A DNA stretch of 64,000 nt from Gammaproteobacteria bacterium (GTDB taxonomy: Bacteria; Pseudomonadota; Gammaproteobacteria; Eutrophobiales; Eutrophobiaceae): assembly GCA_965202685.1 (NCBI GenBank), contig OZ241853.1:2852616-2916615 (forward strand), written 5' to 3'. Made by a program: the position numbers and the translations under genes. Every line of letters begins with the position of its first letter. The stretch's first letter is position 1. The notes beneath the pieces are model-generated. The model was not told the origin of the DNA and ran no database searches. It saw nothing but the letters and a program-made list of their open reading frames with translations. Shown one piece after another: positions 10,367-23,300 of this stretch.

Positions 10367-11606
10367 GCGCGCCGGTTCGTTGCTTGTTTTGCTGTTCCTG
10401 TGGGGTTGCGAGGCCGAGGGGCCGCCGGCGACGGGGGCATTGCCTGCCGGGTCCGGCGAGACGGCTGAGGCGACTGGCTTTCGAGATGTGAGCAAAGAGG
10501 CCTTGACCAAGGATGTCTATGGCAAGGTTGAGGCCCTGCCGGAGCGCTTGCATCCCCACTGGGTGTGGGTGACCGATTTCGCTGGTAGCGCCATGCCGGA
10601 CGGGCGCGCCTATTTGTATGACGGGGACACTGGCCGCATGTTGGGCATGTTGAACACGGGTTACTCCTTTAACGCCTTGAACATGCCCAAGCATTACCGG
10701 GAAGTGTATTCCGCTGAAACCTACTATTCGCGGACGACCCGGGGGCAACGCACAGATGTTGTCAGCGTGTATGACCCCTTTAAGTTGTCACCGGTCGCGG
10801 AAGTGGAAATTCCCCCCAAGCGCGCCTCCACCATCCCGCGGCTGGCGGACTCGGCGTTGACTGATGATGACCGGTTCCTGTCGGTGTTCAATTTGACCCC
10901 GGCGGCCTCCCTGAGCATCGTGGATGTGGTGGAAAGGAAATTCACCGCGGAGATCATGACGCCGGGGTGCGCCATGGCTTACGCGGCGGGAGACCGGCGC
11001 TTCTTCGCGCTGTGCGGCGATGGCTCATTGATGATGGTGACCCTCACCGATGCCGGTGAACAGGCCGCCATTGAAAAGAGCGCTCCTTTCTTTGACGCGC
11101 ACAAGGATCCGATTCTGGAGACCGGGGCGCGCCTGGGCGACGCCTGGCTCTTTGTCTCGGTGTTGGGGAAAATCCATATTGTGGACCTCGCCGGCGAACA
11201 GCCGGCGTTTCCCGAACCCTGGTCCTATTTGACCGCGGCGGAGCAAAAAGCCAACTGGCGCGCCGGCGGCTTGCAGCCCATTGCCTTGCACGAGGCCAAC
11301 CAGCGCTTGTATTTGCTGATGCGCCAAGGAGATTTTTTCAGTTATGAAAGCCCGGGGCCTGAGATCTGGGTGTATGACCTGAAGACGCGGAAACAGCTCA
11401 GAAAAATAAAGACCCGCCAGCCCAGCTTGTCCATCGCCGTGAGCCAGGATGAAGCCCCCTTGCTTTACGCCATTACTGAGAGCCTGAATCAGCTGGATAT
11501 TTACGACAGCGCCGGGCGACATCTCCGCTCAGTCCCCGAGCTTGGGATCATGACGGCCTTGATTCAGGTGCCGCCGTTGCAGGCGGCAGGGGGAGCGAAC
11601 AGATGA
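10356..11606 (+). CDS. TTQ amine dehydrogenase large (beta-propeller) subunit, MauB/AauB-like, putative lipoprotein
   Basis: AETYYSRTTRGQRTDVV, FNLTPAASLSIVD, PGC...LCGDG, EIWVYDL motifs; lipobox LWGC; ATG 10356 follows GAGGTGG. Confidence 0.9.
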   Translation: MTFKRAGSLLVLLFLWGCEAEGPPATGALPAGSGETAEATGFRDVSKEALTKDVYGKVEALPERLHPHWVWVTDFAGSAMPDGRAYLYDGDTGRMLGMLNTGYSFNALNMPKHYREVYSAETYYSRTTRGQRTDVVSVYDPFKLSPVAEVEIPPKRASTIPRLADSALTDDDRFLSVFNLTPAASLSIVDVVERKFTAEIMTPGCAMAYAAGDRRFFALCGDGSLMMVTLTDAGEQAAIEKSAPFFDAHKDPILETGARLGDAWLFVSVLGKIHIVDLAGEQPAFPEPWSYLTAAEQKANWRAGGLQPIALHEANQRLYLLMRQGDFFSYESPGPEIWVYDLKTRKQLRKIKTRQPSLSIAVSQDEAPLLYAITESLNQLDIYDSAGRHLRSVPELGIMTALIQVPPLQAAGGANR

Positions 11607-12142
11607 TGAGTGTGAATTTCGACCGGTGGTTTCAGGGGAAGGCCCGTTCCTTGGCCCGTCTTGCCTCCCGCAGGGGCTTTTTGCGGAAAACCGGCCTCTT
11701 GTTAGTCGGCGCCTCAGGGGCCATGCCCCTGTTGCCGGTGGCGCGGGCGAACGCGGCGCCGGAAGAAGCGCCGGATGACAGCGCCATTGCCGGCGCCGCG
11801 GGGGACCCCGGCAAATGCGATTACTGGCGCAACTGCGGCATGGATGGTTTTCTATGCGGTTGTTGCGGGGGCACCCATGTTAGTTGCCCCCCAGGCACCG
11901 AAATGGCTCCCATGACCTGGATAGGCGTTTGCAAAAATCCGGCGGATGGGCGCGATTACATCATCGCCTATAACGACTGTTGCGGCAAAAGCACCTGCAA
12001 CCGTTGCATGTGCAACCGCAACGAGGGGGACCTGCCCAATTATTTTCCGCCTAAGAGCAACGACATCAACTGGTGCATGGGGTCGTCCAACAATGTGTAC
12101 CACTGCACCACCACCTTGCTCCTGGGGCTGTCGGTCAAGTAG
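11603..12142 (+). CDS. TTQ amine dehydrogenase small subunit, AauA/MauA-like
   Basis: Tat motif SRRGFL; CDYWRNC..DG..C..CGG..CPPG..W..C.NP...DCCG...NDINWC with both TTQ Trp residues; ATGA overlap with the large subunit gene. Confidence 0.95.
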   Translation: MMSVNFDRWFQGKARSLARLASRRGFLRKTGLLLVGASGAMPLLPVARANAAPEEAPDDSAIAGAAGDPGKCDYWRNCGMDGFLCGCCGGTHVSCPPGTEMAPMTWIGVCKNPADGRDYIIAYNDCCGKSTCNRCMCNRNEGDLPNYFPPKSNDINWCMGSSNNVYHCTTTLLLGLSVK

Positions 12143-12157
12143 GCGAGCCTTGTCGCC

Positions 12158-12982
12158 TCAGGCGCGCTGGCGTTCCTTGATCTCGTCTATGGTCTTGCAA
12201 TCTATGCAGAGCGTCGCCGTGGGCCTGGCCTCAAGGCGTTTAACGCCGATCTCCACGCCGCAGACTTCGCAATAACCGTAATCTCCCGTTTCCAAAGTGA
12301 TCAACGATTCGTTGATCTTCTTAATGAGTTTACGCTCGCGGTCCCGCGTCCTCAACTCCAAGGCGAACTCCTCTTCCTGGGTGGCTCGGTCGTTGGGGTC
12401 GGGGAAGTTGGAAGCCTCATCCTGCATGTGATGGACGGTTCTTTCCACTTCTTCCATGAGGGTTTGTTTCCAGTTTATCAACAGCTTGCGGAAGTGCTGG
12501 CTCTGTTTTGCATTCATGTATTCCTCCCCCTGTTTCTCTTGGTAGGGAGAGATCGCCTTCTTGGGCGCATCGGTTGTTTCCACCACCGGCGTCTTCGGCG
12601 CGGCGGGCTTTTTCTTGGCGCTGGCGGGTTTCTTCGGCGCGGCGGGCTTTTTCTTGGCGATGACGGGTTTCTCCGGCGTCGCGGACTTTTCCTTCTTGGC
12701 GACGGCGGGTTTCTTCGGCGCGGCGGACTTTTCCTTCTTGGCGACGGCGGGTTTCTTCGGCGCGGCGGGCTTTTTCTTGGCGACAGCGGGCTTCTTCGGC
12801 GCAATGGGCTTTTTCTCGGCGCCGGCAGGCTCCTTTGGCGCCGCCGTTTGCTTCTTTTCAGCAGGGGCAGGGGGCTTTAGCGCCGCCGTTTTTTTCTTTT
12901 CAACGGCGGTGGTCTTTGCCACTCGTTTTTTGGACGCGACAGGCTTCTTTCGCGTCGTTGCATTTTTCGTCTTGGCAACCAT
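12158..12982 (-). CDS. dksA: RNA polymerase-binding protein DksA with long Lys/Ala/Pro-rich N-terminal extension
   Basis: EEYMN...[31 protein letters not shown] and C4 zinc finger CEVC...CIDC; start chosen from the GGAG SD. Confidence 0.93.
   Translation of the reverse strand: MVAKTKNATTRKKPVASKKRVAKTTAVEKKKTAALKPPAPAEKKQTAAPKEPAGAEKKPIAPKKPAVAKKKPAAPKKPAVAKKEKSAAPKKPAVAKKEKSATPEKPVIAKKKPAAPKKPASAKKKPAAPKTPVVETTDAPKKAISPYQEKQGEEYMNAKQSQHFRKLLINWKQTLMEEVERTVHHMQDEASNFPDPNDRATQEEEFALELRTRDRERKLIKKINESLITLETGDYGYCEVCGVEIGVKRLEARPTATLCIDCKTIDEIKERQRA
12590..12850 (-). repeat. Coding tandem repeats (about 36-42 bp; [13 protein letters not shown]-like) within dksA
   Basis: Repeated ttcttcggcgcggcgggctttttcttggcg units. 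Confidence 0.9.
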
Positions 12983-13153
12983 TTTCATCACTCCACGCCG
13001 GCAGTCCGCATGATGCGAAAAGCCCTGAACGGGGCCCCTTGCGCCCCCTTGGCCGGCGCCTATGAGCGTTTCAGGGCCGGACAGCACTCCGTCAATCAAG
13101 TCGCTCTTATTTTACAACATTTGTCAGCATTGCAACCCTGCGTCCGCCCGCTG

Positions 13154-13537
13154 TCAAGGCATGGCCTGGGGGGGACGCCACCCTTCCTGCTGATGCTCCA
13201 CGGTGACCGAAGTGTGGATCCCGCCGCGCACATTGAACTCCGCCGTCAGTTTGATGTAGCGGGGAGAGAGGGCCGCCATCAGATCCGTCAGGATTTTGTT
13301 GGTCACCGCTTCATGGAACGCGCCTTGGTCGCGGTAGGACCAAATATAGAGTTTAAGCGATTTCAATTCAACGCAGAGCCGGTCCGGGACATACTGAAGG
13401 CGCAGGGTGGCGAAATCCGGTTGCCCGGTCATGGGGCACAAGCAGGTGAACTCCGGCAGGGTCATGTCTATGGTGTAGTCCCGCCCCGGCTCCGGGTTGT
13501 CAAAGGTCTGCAAATGGTCTGAGGGCTTTGCCGCCAT
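13154..13537 (-). CDS. queF: preQ1 synthase QueF (type I, short)
   Basis: [34 protein letters not shown]. Confidence 0.96.
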   Translation of the reverse strand: MAAKPSDHLQTFDNPEPGRDYTIDMTLPEFTCLCPMTGQPDFATLRLQYVPDRLCVELKSLKLYIWSYRDQGAFHEAVTNKILTDLMAALSPRYIKLTAEFNVRGGIHTSVTVEHQQEGWRPPQAMP

Positions 13538-13646
13538 GTTTTCATCCGCCTTGTGGGGGGAGTCCATGATACCCTGAAGGAATCCGGATAAGAAGCCGGT
13601 TTCGGGTTGTTTGGGGAATTGCGCAACACCATGAACGAGGCGAAAA

Positions 13647-14432
13647 ATGAGAAAATGGCTGCTGATTTTGGCTCTGTCCTGTCCCGCCCAGGCGGACAAG
13701 CTCTTCGACGGCGAATGGATTGATTTGACGCACGAGTTTTCCGAAGAGACCATTTACTGGCCGACTGCGGAGCCATTCAAGATGGAGACGGTTTTTCAAG
13801 GGCGCGCTGAGGCGGGTTTTTACTACGAGGCGCATAGTTTCAGCGCCGCTGAGCATGGCGGCACGCACCTGGACGCGCCGATTCACTTCGCTGAAAACCG
13901 CCACACCTTGGAGCAAGTGCCGGTGGAGCAGCTGATCGGCCCGGGCGCGCTCATCAGAATTGCGGAAAAAGTGAAGGAAAACCGCAACTATCAGCTTTCC
14001 GTTGAGGATGTTTTGCGCTGGGAAAAGGACAATGGGGAGATAGCGGAAGACAGCATCCTGCTTGTTGACACGGGTTCAAGCAAATTATGGCCGGATCTGG
14101 AGAAATACCTGGGAACAAGTGAACGAGGCCCAGGGGCCCTCGCCCAATTGAAGTTCCCTGGCATTCACCCCGAGGCGGCCGAATTTTTAGCGACCAAGAG
14201 GAAGGTGAAAGCGGTGGGACTGGATTCCCCCAGCATTGATTTTGGCGGTTCCAAGTTGTTCGAATCCCACCAGATCTTATTCGAGAGGAACATCCCCGGC
14301 ATGGAAAATGTGGCCAACCTTGACCGGTTGCCCCTCAAGGGCTTCACGGTTATCGCCCTGCCCATGAAAATAAAAGGCGGCAGCGGCGGCCCCTTGCGCG
14401 TTGTCGCGTTCCTCCCAAGCGGGCGAAAATAA
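13647..14432 (+). CDS. Cyclase family (kynurenine formamidase-like) protein with signal peptide
   Basis: [28 protein letters not shown]...[15 protein letters not shown]. Confidence 0.92.
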   Translation: MRKWLLILALSCPAQADKLFDGEWIDLTHEFSEETIYWPTAEPFKMETVFQGRAEAGFYYEAHSFSAAEHGGTHLDAPIHFAENRHTLEQVPVEQLIGPGALIRIAEKVKENRNYQLSVEDVLRWEKDNGEIAEDSILLVDTGSSKLWPDLEKYLGTSERGPGALAQLKFPGIHPEAAEFLATKRKVKAVGLDSPSIDFGGSKLFESHQILFERNIPGMENVANLDRLPLKGFTVIALPMKIKGGSGGPLRVVAFLPSGRK

Positions 14433-14558
14433 GGCCTGTCCCGGAGAAATTTTTTTTCCGCGCAACCTAATAATTCACTTTATTTTAGATAGAATAATCT
14501 ATTTATAAACAATAGTATATAATATATTTCTAATAAATAACATTATATTTTTAATTGC

Positions 14559-14594
14559 TTGTGTCACCGCCGTGAAGTTTATATATTAGCGGTC
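14559..14594 (+). promoter_or_regulatory. Putative sigma70 promoter of smc, downstream of a very AT-rich tract
   Basis: TTGTGT-17-TATATT, then 7 nt to ATG 14595. Confidence 0.5.
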
Positions 14595-17500
14595 ATGCGG
14601 TTGCGCAAAATCAAACTCGCCGGCTTCAAATCCTTCGCCGACCCCGCCGCTATTCTTGTCTCTGACAGCCTGGTGGGAATCGTCGGCCCCAACGGTTGCG
14701 GCAAGTCCAACATCATAGACGCGGTGACCTGGGTGATGGGCGAGAGCTCCGCCAAACGCCTGCGCGGGGACGCCTTGACCGATGTCATTTTCAATGGCTC
14801 CGCCGCTCGGCAACCCGTGGGGCAGGCCAGCGTGGAGCTGATCTTCGACAACGCCGACGGCAAACTCGGCGGGCAATACGCCAGCTACAGCGAGATCGCC
14901 ATCAAGAGGCAGATAGACCGGGAGGCGGATTCCGTCTATTACCTGAACGGCGCCCGTTGTCGCCGCAAAGACATCCAGGACATTTTTTTAGGCACGGGCC
15001 TGGGGCCCCGCAGCTACTCCATCATCGAGCAGGGGGTGATCTCGCGGCTGATAGAGGCCAAACCCGAAGAACTGCGGGCCTTCCTGGAAGAAGCCGCCGG
15101 CATATCCAAATTCAGGGAGCGCCGCCGGGAAACCGAAAGGCGCATTAAGCACGCACGAGACAACATGGCCCGGGTGACGGACCTGCGGGACGAGCTGGGA
15201 AGGCAACTGGAGCATTTGCAACGGCAGGCCCGGGCGGCGGAGCGGTATCAGAAGCTCAAGGGGGAAGAGCGCCGGCTAAAGGCGGAACTCTTGGCCCTGA
15301 ACTGGCAGGGCCTCTCGGCCCAGGCGCAAGTGGAAGCCGGCCAGGTGAGGGACCAGGAAAACCGGGTGGAAGAGGCCGTGGCGGTCTTGCGCCGCATTGA
15401 GACGGAGATGGAAACACTGCGGGATGAGCACGCTTCCGCCACCGAGTCCTTGAACCAGGCGCAATCGAAGTTCTATCAAATCGGCGGCGAGATTTCCCAG
15501 CTGGAGCAACGCATCTCGCACAACGAGGAGCGCGCGAAGGATCTGAGGGCGGAAATCGACCAGGGGCGGGAAACAGAGCGGGAGAGTCAGCGGCAACTGG
15601 AGGGCGACAAGAAGGAATTGGCGGGCCTCTTTGACGAAGCGCGATTGTTGGAACCCAAGCTAAAAGACTCTGAGGCGCGGAGCAACGCGGCGCACGAGGC
15701 CCTGGGCCAGGCCGAGGAGGCCATGCAGGGGTGGCAACATGAATGGGACGCCTTGAACCAGGCCCTGGCCGATGTGGACAAGCGCATCGAGGTGGACGGC
15801 GCGCGCCTGGAGGCCATCGAGACCGGACTGAATGACCTTGAACAGCGCCGCCGCAAACTGCGCCAGGAGGCGAACGCGCTGGACCTGAAGGGATTGAAAA
15901 GCCAGTTAGACCAACTGACCGCTTCCGAGTCCGAGATCGCAAACATTCTGCGGGAAGGACGGGATGAGCAACGCCGCACTCAAGAGAGCCTGCAACAATT
16001 TCGGGGCGAATTGGCGCTCATCAATTCCCAAGTGGGGGAACTGCGGGCGGATTACCAGAAGAACGAGAACAAAATCGCCTCCCTGGAGGCCTTGCAATAC
16101 GGGGATGCGGCTCACTGCCAGGAGGCCTTGCGCCAGTGGCTGGCCGCCTTGGGTTTGGAGCAGGCGCCGCGCTTGATTGAAAGCGTGGAGGTGGAGGAAG
16201 GCTGGGAGGCCGCCTTCGAGATGGTGGCGGGGCGGCACTTGCAAAACATAAGCGTCAGCGATCTCGCCAAAGTGGGGGACGCCGCCGCCAGCCTGGAGGC
16301 GGGCCGGGCGGGGGCGTTGCTGGACAACGCCGGCGCCCTGAAGGACGCCCCTAAACCTTATCCTCGGCTTGTTGACAAGGTGAGGGCCTCGTTTTCCTTG
16401 GAAGCGGCCTTGGGCCGGGTCTATGTGGCGGAGAACCTGGCGCAGGCTAGGGAGATTTGCAAGGAACTGGACGAGAATGAGTCCGTGGCGACCCGGGACG
16501 GCATCTGGATGAACAACTACTGGATAAGCATTGACCGTCCCGGCGAGGAGAGCGCCGGCATGTTGTCCCGTGAGCAGGAACTGTCCCGCCTGAAGCGGCA
16601 GCAGGTGAAGCTGGGGGAGGACATCAAGGCCCTGGAAGACTCCGCGGCGGAAAAGAACGGGCTGATTGGCGGCGCCGAGCAGAAATTGCGAGGCTTGCAG
16701 GGCCAACTGAATGAGCGGCAGGAGCTTTCCACCTCCACTCAGGCGCGGCACACGGAATTCAAAACCCGTTTCGAGCAAGCTGAGGGCAGGAGCGGCCAAG
16801 TCGCGAAAGAATTGCAAGAGCTGGAGTCGCAAGAGCAGGCGCACCGAGAGGAAACGAAAACCCTGAAGGGCCGGCTGGAGCGGGACCGGGATGAGCGCGA
16901 GCAATTGCACCGGCAACGCCAGGCGCTGGAGGGATTGAGGGCGGAGCGTCAGCAGGTTTTGGACGAGGCCCGCGAGCAGTGGCAGAGGGCCCATAAGCGC
17001 AGCCATGAGATCGCCTTGCGCCTGGAGGCCTCCCGTTCGCAAAGAGCGGCTCTGGAGCAGGCGATAGAACGCAGTGAAACGCAGGTTTCCGGTTTCCGGG
17101 AGCGGGGCCGTGAACTGGAAGCCAGGGTGGCCTCCCAAGCGGCGCCCTTGCGGGAATTGCAACAGGCCCTGGAGGCTAAATTGGAGGACAAATTGAGCGC
17201 GGAGAGCGAACTCTCAGCGGCGCGGGACCATCTTCAAGGGCAAGCAACGCGGCTCAGAGAGAAGGAGCAGGAGCGCAACGAGGGCGATCAGGCGGCGCAG
17301 GAGCGGCGCGCCCAGCTGGAAGAGGTCAAGGTTGACAGCCGGGACACCCAGGTGAAATTGCAACTGGTCAAGGAGCAACTGGAAGATGGGGGGCAGTCCC
17401 CGCAGGCCCTGCTGGAAGACCTGGACGAGGCCGCCACAGAGACCCTGTGGCAGGAGAGCATCGACAGCCTCGAACGCAAGATTCAACGCCTGGGCGCCAT

Positions 17501-18107
17501 CAATCTGGCGGCTATCAGCGAATATGAGCAACTCTCCGAGAGAAAGGCTTACCTGGACAGCCAGCACGAGGATTTAACCACGGCCCTGGAGACCCTGGAA
17601 GGGGCCATGCGCAAGATCGACAAGGAAACCCGGGCCCGGTTCAAGGAGACCTTTGACAAGCTGAACGACAACCTGAAGGAAAACTTTCCCCTGTTGTTCG
17701 GCGGCGGCCATGCTTGCCTGGAGATGACTGAGCAGGATCTGCTGGAGACCGGCGTCACTGTCATGGCCCGGCCGCCGGGCAAGAAAAACAGCAACATCCA
17801 TCTGCTGTCCGGCGGCGAAAAGGCCCTGACGGCCGTGGCGTTGGTGTTTTCCATATTCCAGTTGAACCCCGCGCCATTCTGCATTCTTGACGAGGTGGAC
17901 GCGCCCCTGGACGACAACAATGTGGGTCGGTTTATTGAACTGGTCAAGAGGATGTCCCAGGAAGTGCAGTTCATCATCGTCACGCACAATAAAATCACCA
18001 TGGAGCTCACTAAACAGTTGCTTGGGGTGACCATGCACGAGGCCGGCGTGTCTCGGTTGGTCTCCGTTGACATCGATGAAGCGGTTGAAATGGCGGAGTC
18101 GGCCTGA
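14595..18107 (+). CDS. smc: Chromosome segregation protein SMC
   Basis: MRLRKIKLAGFKSF, GPNGCGKSN Walker A, coiled coils and hinge, LSGGEK, ILDEVDAPLD. Confidence 0.98.
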   Translation: MRLRKIKLAGFKSFADPAAILVSDSLVGIVGPNGCGKSNIIDAVTWVMGESSAKRLRGDALTDVIFNGSAARQPVGQASVELIFDNADGKLGGQYASYSEIAIKRQIDREADSVYYLNGARCRRKDIQDIFLGTGLGPRSYSIIEQGVISRLIEAKPEELRAFLEEAAGISKFRERRRETERRIKHARDNMARVTDLRDELGRQLEHLQRQARAAERYQKLKGEERRLKAELLALNWQGLSAQAQVEAGQVRDQENRVEEAVAVLRRIETEMETLRDEHASATESLNQAQSKFYQIGGEISQLEQRISHNEERAKDLRAEIDQGRETERESQRQLEGDKKELAGLFDEARLLEPKLKDSEARSNAAHEALGQAEEAMQGWQHEWDALNQALADVDKRIEVDGARLEAIETGLNDLEQRRRKLRQEANALDLKGLKSQLDQLTASESEIANILREGRDEQRRTQESLQQFRGELALINSQVGELRADYQKNENKIASLEALQYGDAAHCQEALRQWLAALGLEQAPRLIESVEVEEGWEAAFEMVAGRHLQNISVSDLAKVGDAAASLEAGRAGALLDNAGALKDAPKPYPRLVDKVRASFSLEAALGRVYVAENLAQAREICKELDENESVATRDGIWMNNYWISIDRPGEESAGMLSREQELSRLKRQQVKLGEDIKALEDSAAEKNGLIGGAEQKLRGLQGQLNERQELSTSTQARHTEFKTRFEQAEGRSGQVAKELQELESQEQAHREETKTLKGRLERDRDEREQLHRQRQALEGLRAERQQVLDEAREQWQRAHKRSHEIALRLEASRSQRAALEQAIERSETQVSGFRERGRELEARVASQAAPLRELQQALEAKLEDKLSAESELSAARDHLQGQATRLREKEQERNEGDQAAQERRAQLEEVKVDSRDTQVKLQLVKEQLEDGGQSPQALLEDLDEAATETLWQESIDSLERKIQRLGAINLAAISEYEQLSERKAYLDSQHEDLTTALETLEGAMRKIDKETRARFKETFDKLNDNLKENFPLLFGGGHACLEMTEQDLLETGVTVMARPPGKKNSNIHLLSGGEKALTAVALVFSIFQLNPAPFCILDEVDAPLDDNNVGRFIELVKRMSQEVQFIIVTHNKITMELTKQLLGVTMHEAGVSRLVSVDIDEAVEMAESA

Positions 18108-18148
18108 TTTTCCTTCTCCTTCATGGCGCCGTTGCCATGGGGGATTAA

Positions 18149-20188
<2,040 letters not shown>

Positions 20189-20331
20189 CCCCAGGTTTTT
20201 CTTTGCTTTGCCTCTCGCGCTTAGGCGTCAAAATTGGGGAATTACACACAAGAGCCGGGCAAAATTGACAACCGCCCCCGCAGTGTTGCAAGATACGGGC
20301 GCGGAACCCCCAAATATCAAGCGCGTCGTCC

Positions 20332-23300
20332 ATGTCATCCAAACTCATCGCCATCTATCTCCGCGAGGTCGCCAAGACCCACGACGAAGGCAATGCCACT
20401 GAGCATAGCTACCGAGAACACTTGTCGGCATTGCTTAAGGCTCTGTTGCCCAATGTCACGGTAACCCACGAACCTAAGCGCGTAGCTTGCGGGGCGCCCG
20501 ATTATGTCCTGATGCTCCGCAATGGATTGACCCTGGGCTATGTCGAGGCCAAGGACCTCGTCGCGCGATTGGATGACGACAAGCACAAGGAGCAGTTTGA
20601 CCGCTATCGCGGGGCCCTGGGGAACATAATTTTCACGAACTATTTGGCGTTTCAGCTATGGCGAGGGGACAAGGAGCTGAAAAGAGTGGAGCTCGCCGCG
20701 CTTCAGGGAAATAAAATCCGGCACTTGCCCAACAATTTCGACCAGTTCGCCGAGCTGATCACGAGCTTCGAGTCCCCTGACGCCCAGCCCATTTCTTCTT
20801 CCCAGGACCTGGCCCGGCGCATGGCGGACAAGGCCCGGTTGTTGGCCCATGTAGCAGAACGGGCATTGACGGGTGAAGACAATCAAATTAGCGAAAGCCA
20901 AGATTTAGAGGGATTGATGGCAGCTGTTAAAAAAATTCTGCTCAGAGACATTACTCATGAAGAGTTTGCCGATGTCTATGCGCAGACCATCGCTTATGGG
21001 ATGTTCGCCGCGCGCCTGCATGATCAAACCGCGGCGAGCGGGGGGGATTTTTCCCGCCGCAAGGCCGCCGAGTTGGTTCCCCAGTCCAATCCTCTGCTCA
21101 GGAAGTTTTTTCACCATATCGCGGGTTACGATATCGACAGTCGCATTCAATGGATCGTGGATGACCTGGTGGCTATTTTTCGGGCGACCAATGTGGCGGA
21201 GTTGATGACGGACTTTGTCAAGCCGAACTGGCGCGCCGACCCGTTCATCCACTTTTATGAGACCTTTCTGAGGGAATACGACCCGGATTTGCGCGAGAGG
21301 CGCGGGGTGTATTACACGCCGAAGCCGGTGGTGGATTTCATCGTTAGCGCCGTGGATGACATTTTGAAAGAGGAATTTCAGCTGGCCAGGGGCTTGGCGG
21401 ACACGACTAAAACCACGGTGAAAGTCAACACTGAAGAGGTGGGCAAACAAATAAGCAAAGAAGTGCATAAGGTGCAGATTTTGGACCCCGCCGCCGGCAC
21501 TGGCACCTTCTTGGCCTCGGTGGTGGAGCAGATACATGATTATGAGAAGGACGCCGAGCAAGAAGGGATGTGGCCTGACTATGTGAAACAAGAGCTATTG
21601 CCGCGCCTGAACGGGTTTGAGGTCTTGATGGCGCCGTACACCATGGCGCACCTGAAACTGGAAATGATCTTGCAACAGACCGGATGCGAGCTGAACGGTG
21701 AACGCCTGCGGATTTTTCTGACCAATTCCCTGGAAGAACACGAGTTCGAACACGGGGCCCTATCTACGGACTGGTGGCTTGCCGATGAATCAAAAGAGGC
21801 GAATCGGATTAAAAAAGATACGCCCGTCATGGTGGTGTTGGGGAATCCCCCTTACCAAGGCGAATCCAAAAACAAGGGGGCCTGGATAGTGAAGTTGATG
21901 CGGGACTACAAACAGGAACCCGGGGGCGGCAAGTTGCGGGAGGAAACCAAGTGGCTTAACGATGATTATGTGAAGTTCATCCGCTATGGACAACATTTTA
22001 TCGACCGCAACGGCGAAGGCCTCCTTGCCTACATCAACAACAATGGTTTTTTAGACAACCCGACTTTTAGAGGAATGCGCTGGCATTTGTTGCGCAGTTT
22101 CGACAAGATTTACATCCTGGACTTGCACGGCAACAGCCAAATAGGGGAAAAAGCCCCCGATGGGTCGCCGGACAGAAATGTGTTCGACATCCAGCTAGGC
22201 GTTTCCATCAACCTGTTTGTGAAAACCGGAGAGAAACCTAAGGACGCCTTAGGCAAGGTTTTTCACTTTGACCTGTTCGGCGCGCGCAAAAGCAAATACG
22301 ATTTTCTAGAGCACCACAGCCTGAACCAGGTGGAATTCAAAAGCTTGAAACCAGCCGCCCCGCACTATTTCTTCGTGCCCAGAGATTACAGCCTGGATAG
22401 CGAATACCAAAAAGGCTTTAGCGTTGCGGACTTAATGCCTATCGCCACCAGCGGCGTGGTTACGGCAAGGGATCGCTTCACCATTCACCATTCAGCCGCT
22501 GAGGTCCGGGACGCCATTGAGACTTTCCTTAGGCTGAGCGACCAAGACGCCCGCGAGCGTTTTAATTTAGGGACCGATGTTCGGGATTGGAAAGTCAGCC
22601 TGGCGAGAAAAGACCTGGAGGCCGACGGCCCGGATTATCAACGCATCGTCCCCATCATGTATCGGCCTTTCGACCGACGACACACTTACTACACGGGGCG
22701 GTCCAAAGGTTTTCACTGCAACCCTCGTGGAAAAGTCATGCGGCATTTTCTCTCTGGTGAGAATGTTGGATTAGTAGCGGCTAAAAGACAATCTTCTCCG
22801 GGAAGTTACAATAATGTCTTCATTACCAATAAGATGAATGAGGGGCATTTTCGTGTTGACATTAACTATGTTTTCCCTTTGTACCTCTATCCCGACACCG
22901 ACAGCGGGCAACAGAATCTTGGGGATCGCTCCAGTCGCAAACCCAACTTGAACATGGCCCTCGTGAAGGAAATTGCCGCCAATCTCAAAATGAAGTTTGC
23001 TTATGAGAATGAACAGAGACGCAACGACGCCTTCTCCCCTGAAGACCTGTTAGATTACATTTATGCTGTGCTTCACAGTCCCGGCTACCGTAAAACTTAC
23101 CGGGAATTTCTCAAAACCGGCTTCCCCCGCGCGCCTTTTCCCCAAGACAAAAAACAATTCCTGGCTCTCGTCAAGCTTGGGGCTGAGTTGCGGGCCCTGC
23201 ATTTAATGAAGAGTGAAAAACTAAACAAGCTGACCACCGCCTACCCTCAAACAGGCGACAACATTGTCAGACAGATCAAGAGAGAAAAAGACAAGGTGCA

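Noticed and set aside
13538-13646. preQ1 riboswitch upstream of queF
   Set aside because: No recognisable preQ1 stem-loop with an A-rich tail
14465-14558. dif site or oriC
   Set aside because: No adequate match to XerC/XerD arms and no DnaA boxes seen
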